From: Candidatus Omnitrophota bacterium
GTDB taxonomy: Bacteria; Omnitrophota; Gorgyraeia; Zapsychrales; Fredricksoniimonadaceae
Assembly (NCBI GenBank): GCA_903908245.1
Contig: CAIVRE010000010.1
Coordinates: 4,227-68,226, forward strand
Length of the DNA stretch: 64,000 bases
Direction of reading: 5' to 3'
The position numbers and the translations under genes were made by a program. Below the pieces are notes generated by a model that saw only the letters and a program-made list of their open reading frames with translations, was not told where the DNA came from and searched no databases. Every line of letters starts with the position of its first letter. Within the stretch, counting starts at the first letter, position 1. Shown here piece by piece: positions 52,147 to 62,241 of the stretch.

Positions 52147-53478
52147 TTAAGGTCCCTTCTTGATCTGACGAATGATCAGTGATCCTGCAATGAACGCCAA
52201 CAGGCTGTAAATGAGCGTATAAAGGATCAGCGACGATAATGCTGTCCCGGCATCCAGATTCAATGTTGATCCGGCGGACGTCTTGAGCAGCCCATAAACC
52301 GCCCAGGGCTGACGCCCCACTTCCGTTACGATCCATCCCGTAATATTGGCAATATGCGGCAAACCCATTGAGCCTAGCAACATCCAAAGAAACCATACCG
52401 GGAGAAGATGCTGTTTACGAAAGGTCATCACAACCAGGATAACCAACAAGAAAAACATGGCAATACCCGAAAAGATCATCAACCTGAATGACCAATATGT
52501 AAGCGTTACCGGCGGAATATAATCCCCCGGCCCATATTTTAAAACATGCTCTTTCTGGATATCGTTCATACCCGCAATGGTCCCGGTAAAACGATCAAAG
52601 ACCAGCACATTCAAGAGCCATGGGACAGTAATGTCAACTTGATTGACTTTGGACGCTTCATCAATAATAGCAAAAAGCGACAAACGTCCATCCGTCCTTG
52701 TCTCCCATGCCGCTTCCGCCGCCGCCAGCTTCATCGGCTGATGTTCCGCCATGTTCTTTGCCATAAAATGGCCGAGAAGAATGACCGCGATCATAGCCGC
52801 GAGGCCCATCACAACCGCCATACGCAATGAACGCCGGAAAAAATCAAGTTCAACGGTCTTCCTAATGCCATGCCAGGCGCAAACCCCGATGACAAAGAAC
52901 GAGGACGTCACGATGCAGGCAAAAACAGTATGCCAGAACATAAAATGGGCTTTGGGATTGAAAATGACCGCCGGGAAATCCACCAACTCAACACGGCCGT
53001 TGCGCAAAACATACCCCACTGGTTCCTGCATGAACCCGTTGGCACTAATGATCCAAAAAGCGGAAAGCATCGCCCCCAACGTAACCATCCAGATCGAGAA
53101 AACATGAAGTTTAACGGGAAGCTTCTTCCAGCCATAAAGCCAGACACCAATAAAAACAGACTCAAGAAAGAACGCCACCCAGGACTCGATCGCCAGCGGC
53201 GGGCCGAAAACATCACCGACATAACGGGAAAACCTGGCCCAATTAAGCCCGAACTGGAATTCCAGGACAATCCCGGTTACGATCCCCATGGCCACGCTGA
53301 CCAGGAAGAACTGCCCCCAGAATTTGGTCATGCGAAGATATACCTCCCGTTTCTTGTTCATGTAAAGCGTTTCCATGATCGCGACAAAAAGGCCAAGGCC
53401 AATGGACAATGGAACGAACAGAAAGTGATAGGAAGTCGTAATAGCGAACTGCCACCGGGAGATCACAAGCGGATCCAT
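52147..53478 (-). CDS. cydA: Cytochrome bd oxidase subunit I (short Q-loop)
   Basis: YHFLFVP, FFLES, QPMKLAAAE, FRLM, EVGRQPW. Confidence 0.96.
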   Translation of the reverse strand: MDPLVISRWQFAITTSYHFLFVPLSIGLGLFVAIMETLYMNKKREVYLRMTKFWGQFFLVSVAMGIVTGIVLEFQFGLNWARFSRYVGDVFGPPLAIESWVAFFLESVFIGVWLYGWKKLPVKLHVFSIWMVTLGAMLSAFWIISANGFMQEPVGYVLRNGRVELVDFPAVIFNPKAHFMFWHTVFACIVTSSFFVIGVCAWHGIRKTVELDFFRRSLRMAVVMGLAAMIAVILLGHFMAKNMAEHQPMKLAAAEAAWETRTDGRLSLFAIIDEASKVNQVDITVPWLLNVLVFDRFTGTIAGMNDIQKEHVLKYGPGDYIPPVTLTYWSFRLMIFSGIAMFFLLVILVVMTFRKQHLLPVWFLWMLLGSMGLPHIANITGWIVTEVGRQPWAVYGLLKTSAGSTLNLDAGTALSSLILYTLIYSLLAFIAGSLIIRQIKKGP

Positions 53479-53500
53479 GGAATACCTTTCTCAGTAAAGA

Positions 53501-54586
53501 TCAACCGCACAACTTTTGGCAAATAGCTTGCGCCATTTCCTGAGTGCCGACCGCGGTCGGGTCATTACGGTCCGATTTAAGGTCGTACGTAACATCCTTG
53601 CCCTGTTTAATGACCTCAAAAAGGGCTCGCTCAAGGGCGGCGGCCGCGGATTTTTCCCCAATATGCTCCAGCATCATGATCCCCGACAGGATAGTCGCCG
53701 TCGGGTTCACCTTGTTCTGCCCCGCATACTTGGGGGCCGAACCATGGACCGGCTCAAAAAGAGCCGCGTCAGCGCCGATATTGGCACCCGGTGCTATGCC
53801 CAATCCACCGACCAGCCCTGCGCAAAGGTCTGAAACAATATCGCCATAAAGGTTCGGCAGGACAAGGACATCATAAAGCTCCGGTTTCTGCACAAGCTGC
53901 ATACACATATTATCAACGATCACATCTTCAAATGCGATGCGGCCGGCATATTCCTGCGCGATCTTCTGGCCGGTATGCAAAAAAAGCCCGTCCGTGAACT
54001 TCATGATATTCGCCTTGTGGACCAGAGAGACTTTCTTGCGGCCGCTCTTGAGCGCATATTCAAAGGCATAGCGGATGATCCGTTCCGATCCAAACACAGA
54101 TATCGGCTTAATAGATATCGCCGAGTCCTCGCGGACTTTCTTTTTGGAAAGACCATTGATCTCTTTGATAAGATGCCTGGCCTCATCGGAATAAACATCG
54201 AACTCAACCCCCATGTAGAGGTCTTCCGTGTTCTCACGAATGATCGTAAGATCAACTTTAGTATTGACCGCCCGGGTGCCTTCAATAAATCTTGCCGGAC
54301 GGACACAGGCATAAAGGTCCAGTTCCTGACGCAGTTGGACATTCACCGAGCGAAAACCCTTGCCAACAGGTGTTTCAATGGGGCCCTTGATGGCGACCTT
54401 GTTCTTCTTAATAGAGTCGATCGCCGCCTGCGGAAGCGGCGTGCCGAACTTCTCAATGGCCGGTGCGCCGACACACTGCTCTTCCCAATCGATCCTGACC
54501 CCCGTCGCATCGACACATTTCCTCATGGCCAGCGCCACTTCCGGACCGATCCCGTCCCCTGCCAGTAAAGTTACCCGAGTGCTCAT
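53501..54586 (-). CDS. icd: Isocitrate dehydrogenase (probably NADP+)
   Basis: [38 protein letters not shown]. Confidence 0.85.
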   Translation of the reverse strand: MSTRVTLLAGDGIGPEVALAMRKCVDATGVRIDWEEQCVGAPAIEKFGTPLPQAAIDSIKKNKVAIKGPIETPVGKGFRSVNVQLRQELDLYACVRPARFIEGTRAVNTKVDLTIIRENTEDLYMGVEFDVYSDEARHLIKEINGLSKKKVREDSAISIKPISVFGSERIIRYAFEYALKSGRKKVSLVHKANIMKFTDGLFLHTGQKIAQEYAGRIAFEDVIVDNMCMQLVQKPELYDVLVLPNLYGDIVSDLCAGLVGGLGIAPGANIGADAALFEPVHGSAPKYAGQNKVNPTATILSGIMMLEHIGEKSAAAALERALFEVIKQGKDVTYDLKSDRNDPTAVGTQEMAQAICQKLCG

Positions 54587-54599
54587 CCCCGTCTCCCTT

Positions 54600-55706
54600 T
54601 TAACTTTTCAAAAGATCCAATATTTTCTGCACATCAACATACTGCTCCACCAGGCTCTCAATAGCCTGGATCTTTTTCACCGCACTGGGGCGGATCTTGA
54701 CAATAAGGTTGTCGATCCTTGATGCAAGGGCAAATGTATCCTCTTTAACCTGGATGATCGGGATCGAAAGTTCATTGATCAAATGCATCACGTTCTTATG
54801 CGGCGTGATCCCGCAAGTCAAGAAGATCCCCGCAACGCAGAACTTCTGGGTAACGCCCGTTAAAGATCCGCTCATGGCGGCTAAAATAATATCCTCCCGG
54901 TTACCCGGCGTAATAAGCAGTGTCCCCCTCCCCAAATAATCCAGGACTTCATGCGGCGGCATGGCGCCGACCACAATCCGGCTGACCGTATTATCCAGAA
55001 AATCCTTCCCGCTTAATAATGTCCCTCCCGTATCATCCAGAAGCTCCTGCATGGTAGGATCGGAAAGAATTTCATTATACGGGATCACACCCAGGACCTC
55101 AACCCCCTGGTTCGCGAGCCCCCGGCGAACAACGGGAGCGACCTTATCGTATTTCTCGGGCTGGACCTTATTAATGATCGCGCCAAGCACCTTGACCCCT
55201 TTGGCGTCGAACATCGACTTGTTGAGCATGATCTCGTCGATCGGCCGCCCGATCCCCCCGCAGCTCACCAGAATTACCGACGCCCCCAGGAGCCTGGCGA
55301 CCTCGGCATTCGACATGTCAAAGACCGAACCGACCCCGGCATGCCCGGTGCCTTCAAGAACAACAATGTCTTTCCCCTGCGCGACCCGGCCATAAGCATC
55401 CCGCACTTTCCTCTGCAGAACATCCTTGTCGGGATTCATCACATAATTTTCCGTAAACCCCCGGGGAACGGCAATAGGGCTCATGTCCTTTAGATTCCCG
55501 CTCAACTTATAGACCTCTTTCATCAGGACAACATCCTTGTCGATCTCCTCCCCGTCGATCAGCTGGAATTGCTGCCCTACAGGCTTGATATAACCCACAT
55601 TGGAGAACCTGTTGAAAAAAGCGCGCAAAAGGCCAAGCGAAACAATGGTCTTCCCGTCGTTCTGCCGTGTTGCCGCGACAAATATCTTTTTGGCTGGGCC
55701 ATCCAT
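54600..55706 (-). CDS. Stand-alone BioD-like P-loop + DRTGG protein (Pta N-terminal-like)
   Basis: [27 protein letters not shown]; no PTA catalytic domain. Confidence 0.85.
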   Translation of the reverse strand: MDGPAKKIFVAATRQNDGKTIVSLGLLRAFFNRFSNVGYIKPVGQQFQLIDGEEIDKDVVLMKEVYKLSGNLKDMSPIAVPRGFTENYVMNPDKDVLQRKVRDAYGRVAQGKDIVVLEGTGHAGVGSVFDMSNAEVARLLGASVILVSCGGIGRPIDEIMLNKSMFDAKGVKVLGAIINKVQPEKYDKVAPVVRRGLANQGVEVLGVIPYNEILSDPTMQELLDDTGGTLLSGKDFLDNTVSRIVVGAMPPHEVLDYLGRGTLLITPGNREDIILAAMSGSLTGVTQKFCVAGIFLTCGITPHKNVMHLINELSIPIIQVKEDTFALASRIDNLIVKIRPSAVKKIQAIESLVEQYVDVQKILDLLKS

Positions 55707-55727
55707 GATCGGTCTCTCCGCAGAAGA

Positions 55728-56471
55728 TTACTTGTTGAACATTTTCCTGATGAACATCAGAAGCGGATCATAGAACCGGTCCGCAATACGCTCCTTGAGC
55801 GGGATAATAGCGTTATCCGTGATCCTTATCTTCTCCGGGCAATTGTCCGTGCAGCAATGCGTCACATTGCACAGGCCGATACCCCCGTTATCCTTGATCA
55901 TCTGCAACCTGTCCACACTATCCAAAGGATGCATGACCAGGCCGGCCAGACGCACAAAGAACCGCGGGCCGAAGAATTCTTTTTTCTTGTCATGGGAACG
56001 GATCACATGACAAGTATCCTGGCAAAGAAAACATTCAATGCATTTGCGGTATTCCTGGATCCGGTCAACATCATACTGCTGCATACGCCAATCCGTGTCC
56101 CTGGCGGGAGTAAAAGGCGTTATCTTCTTGTTAACCTCATAATTCCACGAAACATCCGTCACCAGGTCCTTGATGACAGGGAACGCCTTGAGCGGCCCCA
56201 CCGTGATCGGCTTATCCAATGGCAGATCGCTCAAACGGGTCTTGCACATAAGCCGCGGGATCCCGTTGATCTCCGCCGAACAGGATCCGCATTTTCCCGC
56301 ACTGCAATTACAGCGGATCCCGAGGTCCGCCGCGTATTTAGCCTGCACTTCAAGGATCGCATCGAGCACCACAGTCCCGTGGGATACCTCAATACGGAAA
56401 TCCTCATAGCGCCCGCCTTGAACATCCCCCCTGAAAATAGAAAAAACAACTTCCCGCTTTTCGCTGGTCAT
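55728..56471 (-). CDS. sdhB: Succinate dehydrogenase/fumarate reductase Fe-S subunit
   Basis: CSAGKCGSC, CIECFLCQDTC, CNVTHCCTDNCP. Confidence 0.93.
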   Translation of the reverse strand: MTSEKREVVFSIFRGDVQGGRYEDFRIEVSHGTVVLDAILEVQAKYAADLGIRCNCSAGKCGSCSAEINGIPRLMCKTRLSDLPLDKPITVGPLKAFPVIKDLVTDVSWNYEVNKKITPFTPARDTDWRMQQYDVDRIQEYRKCIECFLCQDTCHVIRSHDKKKEFFGPRFFVRLAGLVMHPLDSVDRLQMIKDNGGIGLCNVTHCCTDNCPEKIRITDNAIIPLKERIADRFYDPLLMFIRKMFNK

Positions 56472-58189
56472 TTGGCCTCGTCTCCCAGTAACTGGCGAAG
56501 TTCTTCCGGCATTGCCGGCAAAAGCTCGGTTGTGATCTGCACAGCGCCGTTGACCTTTTTAACAATAAGGCTTTTCTTCCTCCACTCAGAATCCATCTTC
56601 GGGAAATCCTCCCTGGTCTGGGCGCTCCGGCTTTCTTTGCGTTCAAGAGCTGCCCTGGTAACGATCTCCGCCACCGAAAGCATGGATGCCAGCGAAAGGT
56701 ACAAATGCCAGCCGAAATTATACCCGATCCCTCCATCCACATGAATATGCTTATAGCGTTCATTCAGGTCCTTTAACGCCTCGAGAGCCTTATTAAGCCT
56801 GTCCGCGTGACGGATGATCCCCACATTCGCTTCCATCACTTCTTGCAGGTCCCGATGAACAGCCGCAGGCGTTTCTTTGCCAGGCCTGTCAAATGCAACA
56901 ACCAGATCTTTCTGATATTGGGCTATCTTCACCGGATCAACCGATAAAAGGTTATTGGTCTTTTTAACATAGGCTGCCGCGCTGATCCCGGCTCTTTTTC
57001 CAAACACCAGAAGGTCCGACAGGGAATTGCCGCCAAGCCTGTTACCACCATGAAGCCCAGCCGCGGCCTCGCCGGCCGCGAACAGCCCCTTGACCGTGCT
57101 TTCCTGGGTCTCGGGGTCCACCTTGACCCCTCCCATGGTGTAATGGCATGTAGGCCCGACTTCCATCGGCTGTTTTGTAATATCAATATCGGCAAATTCC
57201 ATGAACTGCTGGTACATACTAGGCAACTTTGACTTCACATACGCCGCCGGCTTATGGGAAATATCCAAATAAACACCGCCGTGTTCCGAACCCCGGCCTT
57301 CCACGATCTCCTGATTGATGGAACGGGCCACCATATCGCGCGTGGAAAGCTCCATGCGCTTGGGATCATACTTGGACATGAACCGCTCGCCGAACTTGTT
57401 CTTGAGAAGCCCGCCCTCACCGCGAACGGCCTCCGTGACCAGCAAACCCTTCACCCCTGGCGGCCAGACCATCCCCGTCGGATGGAATTGAACAAACTCC
57501 ATGTCCTTCAATTCTGCCCCGGCATTATAAGCCAGCGCCTGGCCATCCCCGGTACAATCCCAGGAGTTTGAAGTTACACGCCATATCTTCCCAATACCGC
57601 CGGTAGAAATAATGACCGCCTTGGCCCGAAAAACAAACATCTTGCCTGTACTTTTAAAGAAACCGAATGCCCCCGCGATCGCCCCCTGATCCATCAATAA
57701 TTGAGTAACGATACATTCCGTGAAAACCTCGACACCCAAAGCCACAGTCCTGTCCTGAAGCGCGCGGATCATCTCGAGCCCCGTACGGTCCCCCACATGA
57801 CAAAGGCGAGGATGAGTATGCCCGCCGAAAGCTCTCTGTAAAATACGGCCGTCTTTGGTCCTGTCAAAGATCGCGCCCCAACGCTCAAGTTCACGGACAG
57901 CCTCCGGAGATTCCTTGGCATGGATCACGGCCATCCGCCAGTCATTCACATATTTCCCGCCGAACATCGTATCTTTAAAGTGCGGCTGCCAACCGTCTTT
58001 TGCATCCACATTGGCCAGCGCCGCGGCAATGCCGCCCTCCGCCATGACCGTATGCGCTTTCCCTAAAAGACATTTGGACAACACGACTGTTTTTGCCCCG
58101 GACTCCTGGGCGGCAACGGCCGCGCGCATCCCCGCACCGCCTGATCCGATCACCAGCACATCATATTCATAAGTATCGTATATGTTCAC
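56468..58189 (-). CDS. sdhA: Succinate dehydrogenase/fumarate reductase flavoprotein
   Basis: GSGGAG, AHTVMAEGG, QFHPT, HYTMGG, HGGNRLGGNSL; probable GTG start after GAGG. Confidence 0.94.
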   Translation of the reverse strand: MNIYDTYEYDVLVIGSGGAGMRAAVAAQESGAKTVVLSKCLLGKAHTVMAEGGIAAALANVDAKDGWQPHFKDTMFGGKYVNDWRMAVIHAKESPEAVRELERWGAIFDRTKDGRILQRAFGGHTHPRLCHVGDRTGLEMIRALQDRTVALGVEVFTECIVTQLLMDQGAIAGAFGFFKSTGKMFVFRAKAVIISTGGIGKIWRVTSNSWDCTGDGQALAYNAGAELKDMEFVQFHPTGMVWPPGVKGLLVTEAVRGEGGLLKNKFGERFMSKYDPKRMELSTRDMVARSINQEIVEGRGSEHGGVYLDISHKPAAYVKSKLPSMYQQFMEFADIDITKQPMEVGPTCHYTMGGVKVDPETQESTVKGLFAAGEAAAGLHGGNRLGGNSLSDLLVFGKRAGISAAAYVKKTNNLLSVDPVKIAQYQKDLVVAFDRPGKETPAAVHRDLQEVMEANVGIIRHADRLNKALEALKDLNERYKHIHVDGGIGYNFGWHLYLSLASMLSVAEIVTRAALERKESRSAQTREDFPKMDSEWRKKSLIVKKVNGAVQITTELLPAMPEELRQLLGDEAK

Positions 58190-58196
58190 ATAGGCC

Positions 58197-58910
58197 TCAA
58201 AATTTTTTCCAGGTATTAAGATCAACGATCACCCCGCGGGCGAGCAAACGGACATACATATCCGCAATGATAATACTGACCAGGCTGATCCAGGCCCACA
58301 AACCATGGCGCTCGTTAAGAATACTGATAATATTCCATGCCTGATAACGGGCCTGGCCGCAATGAGAACAGGAGAACTTGTTGATATTCCCGCCGAGAAA
58401 ATTCCTTAAGGCGTGACACGAAAGCACGTAGATCGTCAGGAAGACGCTATCACATAAAAGGATGACATTCCCCACACCGACCCCGAAAGACCCCTGATAA
58501 AAGAAAGACGCAAACGTCTCCTTCCAATGAAAGGTCAAAAGAATAAGGGCAAGAACAACAAAATAACGATGAAAATTCTGAAGGATGAAAGGGAACAGGG
58601 TTTCCCCGGTATAATTCCGCTTTAACTCCGGAACAGCGCAAGCCGCGGGATCAAGCAGGTAACTGCGGTAATACGTCTTTCTCCAATAATAACAGGTCAA
58701 CCGGAAAAGCACCGGCATCCAGAAAACGAAGAACGCGGGCGACAAATTTCCGACCGTAAAGTCAAACGGATAGAATGGCGAGCGATACGGCCCCGCAATA
58801 TAACCCTTACCCTGAAATACTGTCCATGTGGAATACGCCAGGAACACCGTCAACGCGGACGCCATCAACAGCCATTTTACGAACCAGGGGTCTTTGCGCG
58901 TATCATCCAT
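58197..58910 (-). CDS. Sdh1-type (Rv0249c-like) membrane anchor
   Basis: FRLTCYYWRK..PAACAV, NFHRYF, SCHALR, HGLWAWISL; TGATG coupling to sucD. Confidence 0.82.
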   Translation of the reverse strand: MDDTRKDPWFVKWLLMASALTVFLAYSTWTVFQGKGYIAGPYRSPFYPFDFTVGNLSPAFFVFWMPVLFRLTCYYWRKTYYRSYLLDPAACAVPELKRNYTGETLFPFILQNFHRYFVVLALILLTFHWKETFASFFYQGSFGVGVGNVILLCDSVFLTIYVLSCHALRNFLGGNINKFSCSHCGQARYQAWNIISILNERHGLWAWISLVSIIIADMYVRLLARGVIVDLNTWKKF

Positions 58911-59785
58911 CAGGCAACTCCCCGTTTCTCTTTCAACAACAGAGGGATCTGGCTCGGGCAATCCGCAACAGGGATCCCGGCCTTGTTAAGGGCTTCGATC
59001 TTGGCCTTCGCCGTTCCCCTTCCCTGGGAAATAATAGCCCCGGCATGCCCCATCTTTTTATCCGCCGGCGCCGAACGGCCTGAAATAAAAGACACGACCG
59101 GCTTTGTCACATGAGCCTTGATGTATTCCGCGGCTTTCTCCTCTTCCTCGCCGCCGATCTCGCCGATCAGAACAATGGCCTTTGTCTCGGGATCTTTTTC
59201 AAACATTGAAAGAAGATCGATATATCCGGTGCCGACCACCGCGTCTCCACCGATACCAACACAAGTCGACTGCCCCATTTTATTGACCGTTAAATTATAA
59301 ACCAGCTCGTAGGTCAACGTGCCACTGCGGGAAATAACCCCGATATCCCCGGGCAAATGGATCCTCGCCGGCATGATCCCGACCTTGGCTTTTCCGGGAG
59401 AGATAAGCCCGGGACAATTCGGCCCGATCAGCCTCACGCCTTTATCCTGCACATAATAATAATTCTCCAACATTTCATTCACAGGAACGCCTTCGGTAAT
59501 ACAAACGATCAACGGAACTCTGTTATCCGCCGCTTCCCTGACCGCCGATGAAGCAAAACGGGCCGGCACAAAAATAATGGAGCAATCCACCGTCTTCGCC
59601 GCCAGGGCCTCTTTCACCGAATTATAAACCGGCAATTCCCCGGACTTCTGTCCGCCTTTACCGGGGGTTACCCCGCCAACAACATTGGTGCCATACTCCA
59701 GCATGGAAAGAGCATGGAACGCGCCGTCACGTCCAGTGATCCCCTGTACAAGAACCTTTGTGTTTTTATCGATGAGAATGCTCAT
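58910..59785 (-). CDS. sucD: Succinyl-CoA ligase alpha subunit
   Basis: [26 protein letters not shown]. Confidence 0.97.
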   Translation of the reverse strand: MSILIDKNTKVLVQGITGRDGAFHALSMLEYGTNVVGGVTPGKGGQKSGELPVYNSVKEALAAKTVDCSIIFVPARFASSAVREAADNRVPLIVCITEGVPVNEMLENYYYVQDKGVRLIGPNCPGLISPGKAKVGIMPARIHLPGDIGVISRSGTLTYELVYNLTVNKMGQSTCVGIGGDAVVGTGYIDLLSMFEKDPETKAIVLIGEIGGEEEEKAAEYIKAHVTKPVVSFISGRSAPADKKMGHAGAIISQGRGTAKAKIEALNKAGIPVADCPSQIPLLLKEKRGVA

Positions 59786-60909
59786 ACCAGTTCCACCACC
59801 CTCTTCACGGCCTCTTCCATGTTCTCCGCCACCACAAAACCCGACTTAACAAGGATCTCTTTCCCTTCAGGCTCCTTGGTACCGATCAGGCGGATGACCA
59901 TCGGCAATTTAAGATCAAGTTTCTTGACCGCCATCAGGATCCCGTTGGCTACATCATCGCAACGGGTGATCCCTCCAAAAATATTGATCAAAACAGCTTT
60001 AACCTTCTTGTTTGAAGTAATGATCTCGAGCGCCAGGAGGACCTTATTAGGATTTGAACTGCCCCCGACATCCAGGAAATTGGCCGGTTCTCCGCCGAAA
60101 AGCTTGATGACATCCATCGTGGCCATGGCAAGCCCGGCGCCGTTAACGATGCAGCCGATATTCCCGTCAAGATTAACAAAGCTCAAACCCGCTTCCCTAG
60201 CGCGGACCTCATCCGCGGTCAACTCTTCCGGGTCACGCAACCGCTCGATCTCCGGATGCTTGAAAACCCCGTTATCATCAAAGTTGATCTTGGCATCAAG
60301 CGCGATCAGCGTATCAGGGCCTGACTTTGCATAGGGGTTGATCTCAACCAAGGAACAATCTTTTTCAATGAACAACCGGTACATCTTCAAAAGCGTATCC
60401 AAAGCCTGAACGGAAAGTTCTGGATCAATAAAAACCCCCGCAACCGCCTTCTTCAACTCCGCTTCCGAAGGGCCTTTCAACGGGTCCACGTACAATTTTA
60501 ATATCTTTTCCGGATTATTTTTAGCCAGCTCTTCGATCTCAACGCCGCCCGCCGCACTGATCATCAGGACAGCCTTCTTCATGGCGCGATCGACCGTGAT
60601 CCCCAGATAATACTCCTGAAGGATATCCACGGACTTGGCCACCAGAACTTTCCTGACAGGAATATCCTTGATATGAAGGGAGAAAATGTCTTTGGCAACC
60701 TTGAATGCTTCCTGCGCAGAATGGGCCAATTTGACCCCGCCGGCTTTCCCACGGCCGCCGACCAGAACCTGTGCCTTGACCACCACAGTACCGCCGATCT
60801 TCCCGGCAATATCGGCAGCCTGTTGAGGCGTTTGCGCCAGCTCCCAGGCCGGGCTCTTGATCCCGTACTCTGAAAGCAACGACCTGGCCTGATATTCATG
60901 GATCTTCAT
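59782..60909 (-). CDS. sucC: Succinyl-CoA ligase beta subunit
   Basis: [31 protein letters not shown]. Confidence 0.97.
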   Translation of the reverse strand: MKIHEYQARSLLSEYGIKSPAWELAQTPQQAADIAGKIGGTVVVKAQVLVGGRGKAGGVKLAHSAQEAFKVAKDIFSLHIKDIPVRKVLVAKSVDILQEYYLGITVDRAMKKAVLMISAAGGVEIEELAKNNPEKILKLYVDPLKGPSEAELKKAVAGVFIDPELSVQALDTLLKMYRLFIEKDCSLVEINPYAKSGPDTLIALDAKINFDDNGVFKHPEIERLRDPEELTADEVRAREAGLSFVNLDGNIGCIVNGAGLAMATMDVIKLFGGEPANFLDVGGSSNPNKVLLALEIITSNKKVKAVLINIFGGITRCDDVANGILMAVKKLDLKLPMVIRLIGTKEPEGKEILVKSGFVVAENMEEAVKRVVELV

Positions 60910-60927
60910 GCATGTCTCCCGGCAATG

Positions 60928-60960
60928 AAAAGCCCGGAAGAATACCTCTTCCGGGCTTTT
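60928..60960. terminator. Bidirectional-looking hairpin terminator
   Basis: AAAAGCCCGGAAG-AATACCT-CTTCCGGGCTTTT, a perfect 13-bp inverted repeat. Confidence 0.75.
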
Positions 60961-60981
60961 ATATATTGAAAATCCTGTACG

Positions 60982-61149
60982 TTAACGGCTGCTCTCTTTG
61001 CGCTTTGAGAAACAATCCTTACAATAAACCGGACGATCTCCGGTCGGCTTGAAAGGGACTTCAGTCTCTTTGCTGCAATCTGAACACGTTACCTTGTGCA
61101 TCTCTCTTGGACGACCGTCATACTTCCCACCACCATTTTGAAAACCCAT
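60982..61149 (-). CDS. CxxC-x17-CxxC zinc-ribbon small protein (55 aa, below ORF-track cutoff)
   Basis: MGFQNGGGKYDGRPREMHKVTCSDCSKETEVPFKPTGDRPVYCKDCFSKRKESSR; GGAGG RBS. Confidence 0.9.
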   Translation of the reverse strand: MGFQNGGGKYDGRPREMHKVTCSDCSKETEVPFKPTGDRPVYCKDCFSKRKESSR

Positions 61150-61185
61150 AATACCTCCGATAATTAAAATTGTTAGCTTGGATAT

Positions 61186-61214
61186 ATCTTACTTCTTTGG
61201 CAAAGCAACGGCAA
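61186..61214 (-). promoter_or_regulatory. Putative promoter of the zinc-ribbon gene
   Basis: TTGCCG-17-TAAGAT. Confidence 0.45.
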
Positions 61215-61288
61215 GACATTTAAATAAAAAGCCATAAAAGGCTTTCAGCCCCATGCCACAGCTTGGCAATAGGGTCGGCAACAGAACA

Positions 61289-61546
61289 TCATGGCCCGGG
61301 CATTTCCTTTTTCTGTGTCCCCGTCTCTCTCTTCCCGCGATTGCGCACAATAAGGCCATCAAGAAAACGCCTCAACAGCTGGTCTCCGCAAGGCATATAA
61401 TTCGGATGGTCCTCCCGGCGAAAGAACGCCGAAAGCTCGGTCTCTGAAATATCAAAATCCGCCAGTTTCAGGATCGCCACAATGTCGCTGTCCCTTAAAT
61501 GCAAGGCGACCCTTAGCTTTTTCATGATATCATTATTGGTTATCAT
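61289..61546 (-). CDS. DUF1456 (YehS-like) short protein
   Basis: TNNDIMKKLRVAL...CGDQLLRRFLDGLI. Confidence 0.8.
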   Translation of the reverse strand: MITNNDIMKKLRVALHLRDSDIVAILKLADFDISETELSAFFRREDHPNYMPCGDQLLRRFLDGLIVRNRGKRETGTQKKEMPGP

Positions 61547-62241
61547 TTCTTCCCGCTTTTAAGAGTTTGTGTCAGTTTAATCCCACCCGGTTCAATGACC
61601 AGCATCCGCTGTTTATACAAAATGCCCACCGCCATCTTAAATTTCTTCTTGCTCACGCCAAACAACCTGTGGATCTCCTCCGGAGGAGTCTTGTCCGTAA
61701 GCGGGCAGCTGCCGCCAGAAGCCTGAAGATGACTCATGATCTTCCCTGACAGGTCAGGAACGCCGCGAAACCCGGCCTTCTGCAAGGAAAGGTCGATCCG
61801 GCCATCCGGCCTGATCTTCTTAATATACCCCTCGATCTTCTGCCCGATGTGAAGTTCCTGAAATATCTCGTTCTTGTACAGCACTCCCCAGCAATCACTA
61901 TTAATGACTGCCTTAAAACCAAGATCGGTCACGGTATAAATGATCAGGTCAACCGCATCGCCATCCATCATGCCGTCAGGAGCGTCATCGTATAAATATT
62001 TATTAAGCCTGGATGATCCCGCGACCCGGCCCGTCTTCTCATCACGATAGACATAAATGATATGCGACTCGCCTTCTTTCATGATCCTGAGCTGTTCGCC
62101 TATCGGAATGAACAGGTCCTTGGCAAGGCCGCAATACACAAAAGCCCCGCTCTCAATAACAGAAATAACTTTAAAGAGATCACATCTCCCCACCAGCGCA
62201 TCAAGAACCTCTGTCTTGTCTGTTTCTTTCATGCTTACCAT
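61543..62241 (-). CDS. CvfB/YitL-like S1 RNA-binding protein
   Basis: GAFV.CGLAKDLFIP, TDLGFK, RPDGRIDLSL, FGVSKKKFKMAVG. Confidence 0.85.
   Translation of the reverse strand: MVSMKETDKTEVLDALVGRCDLFKVISVIESGAFVYCGLAKDLFIPIGEQLRIMKEGESHIIYVYRDEKTGRVAGSSRLNKYLYDDAPDGMMDGDAVDLIIYTVTDLGFKAVINSDCWGVLYKNEIFQELHIGQKIEGYIKKIRPDGRIDLSLQKAGFRGVPDLSGKIMSHLQASGGSCPLTDKTPPEEIHRLFGVSKKKFKMAVGILYKQRMLVIEPGGIKLTQTLKSGKK

Noticed and set aside
52145-52396. N-terminal extension of CydB
   Set aside because: Overlaps the cydA 3' end; CydB similarity starts at MDLPTLW.
55569-56744. 391-aa plus-strand ORF
   Set aside because: Antisense to sdhB/sdhA; no recognisable domain.
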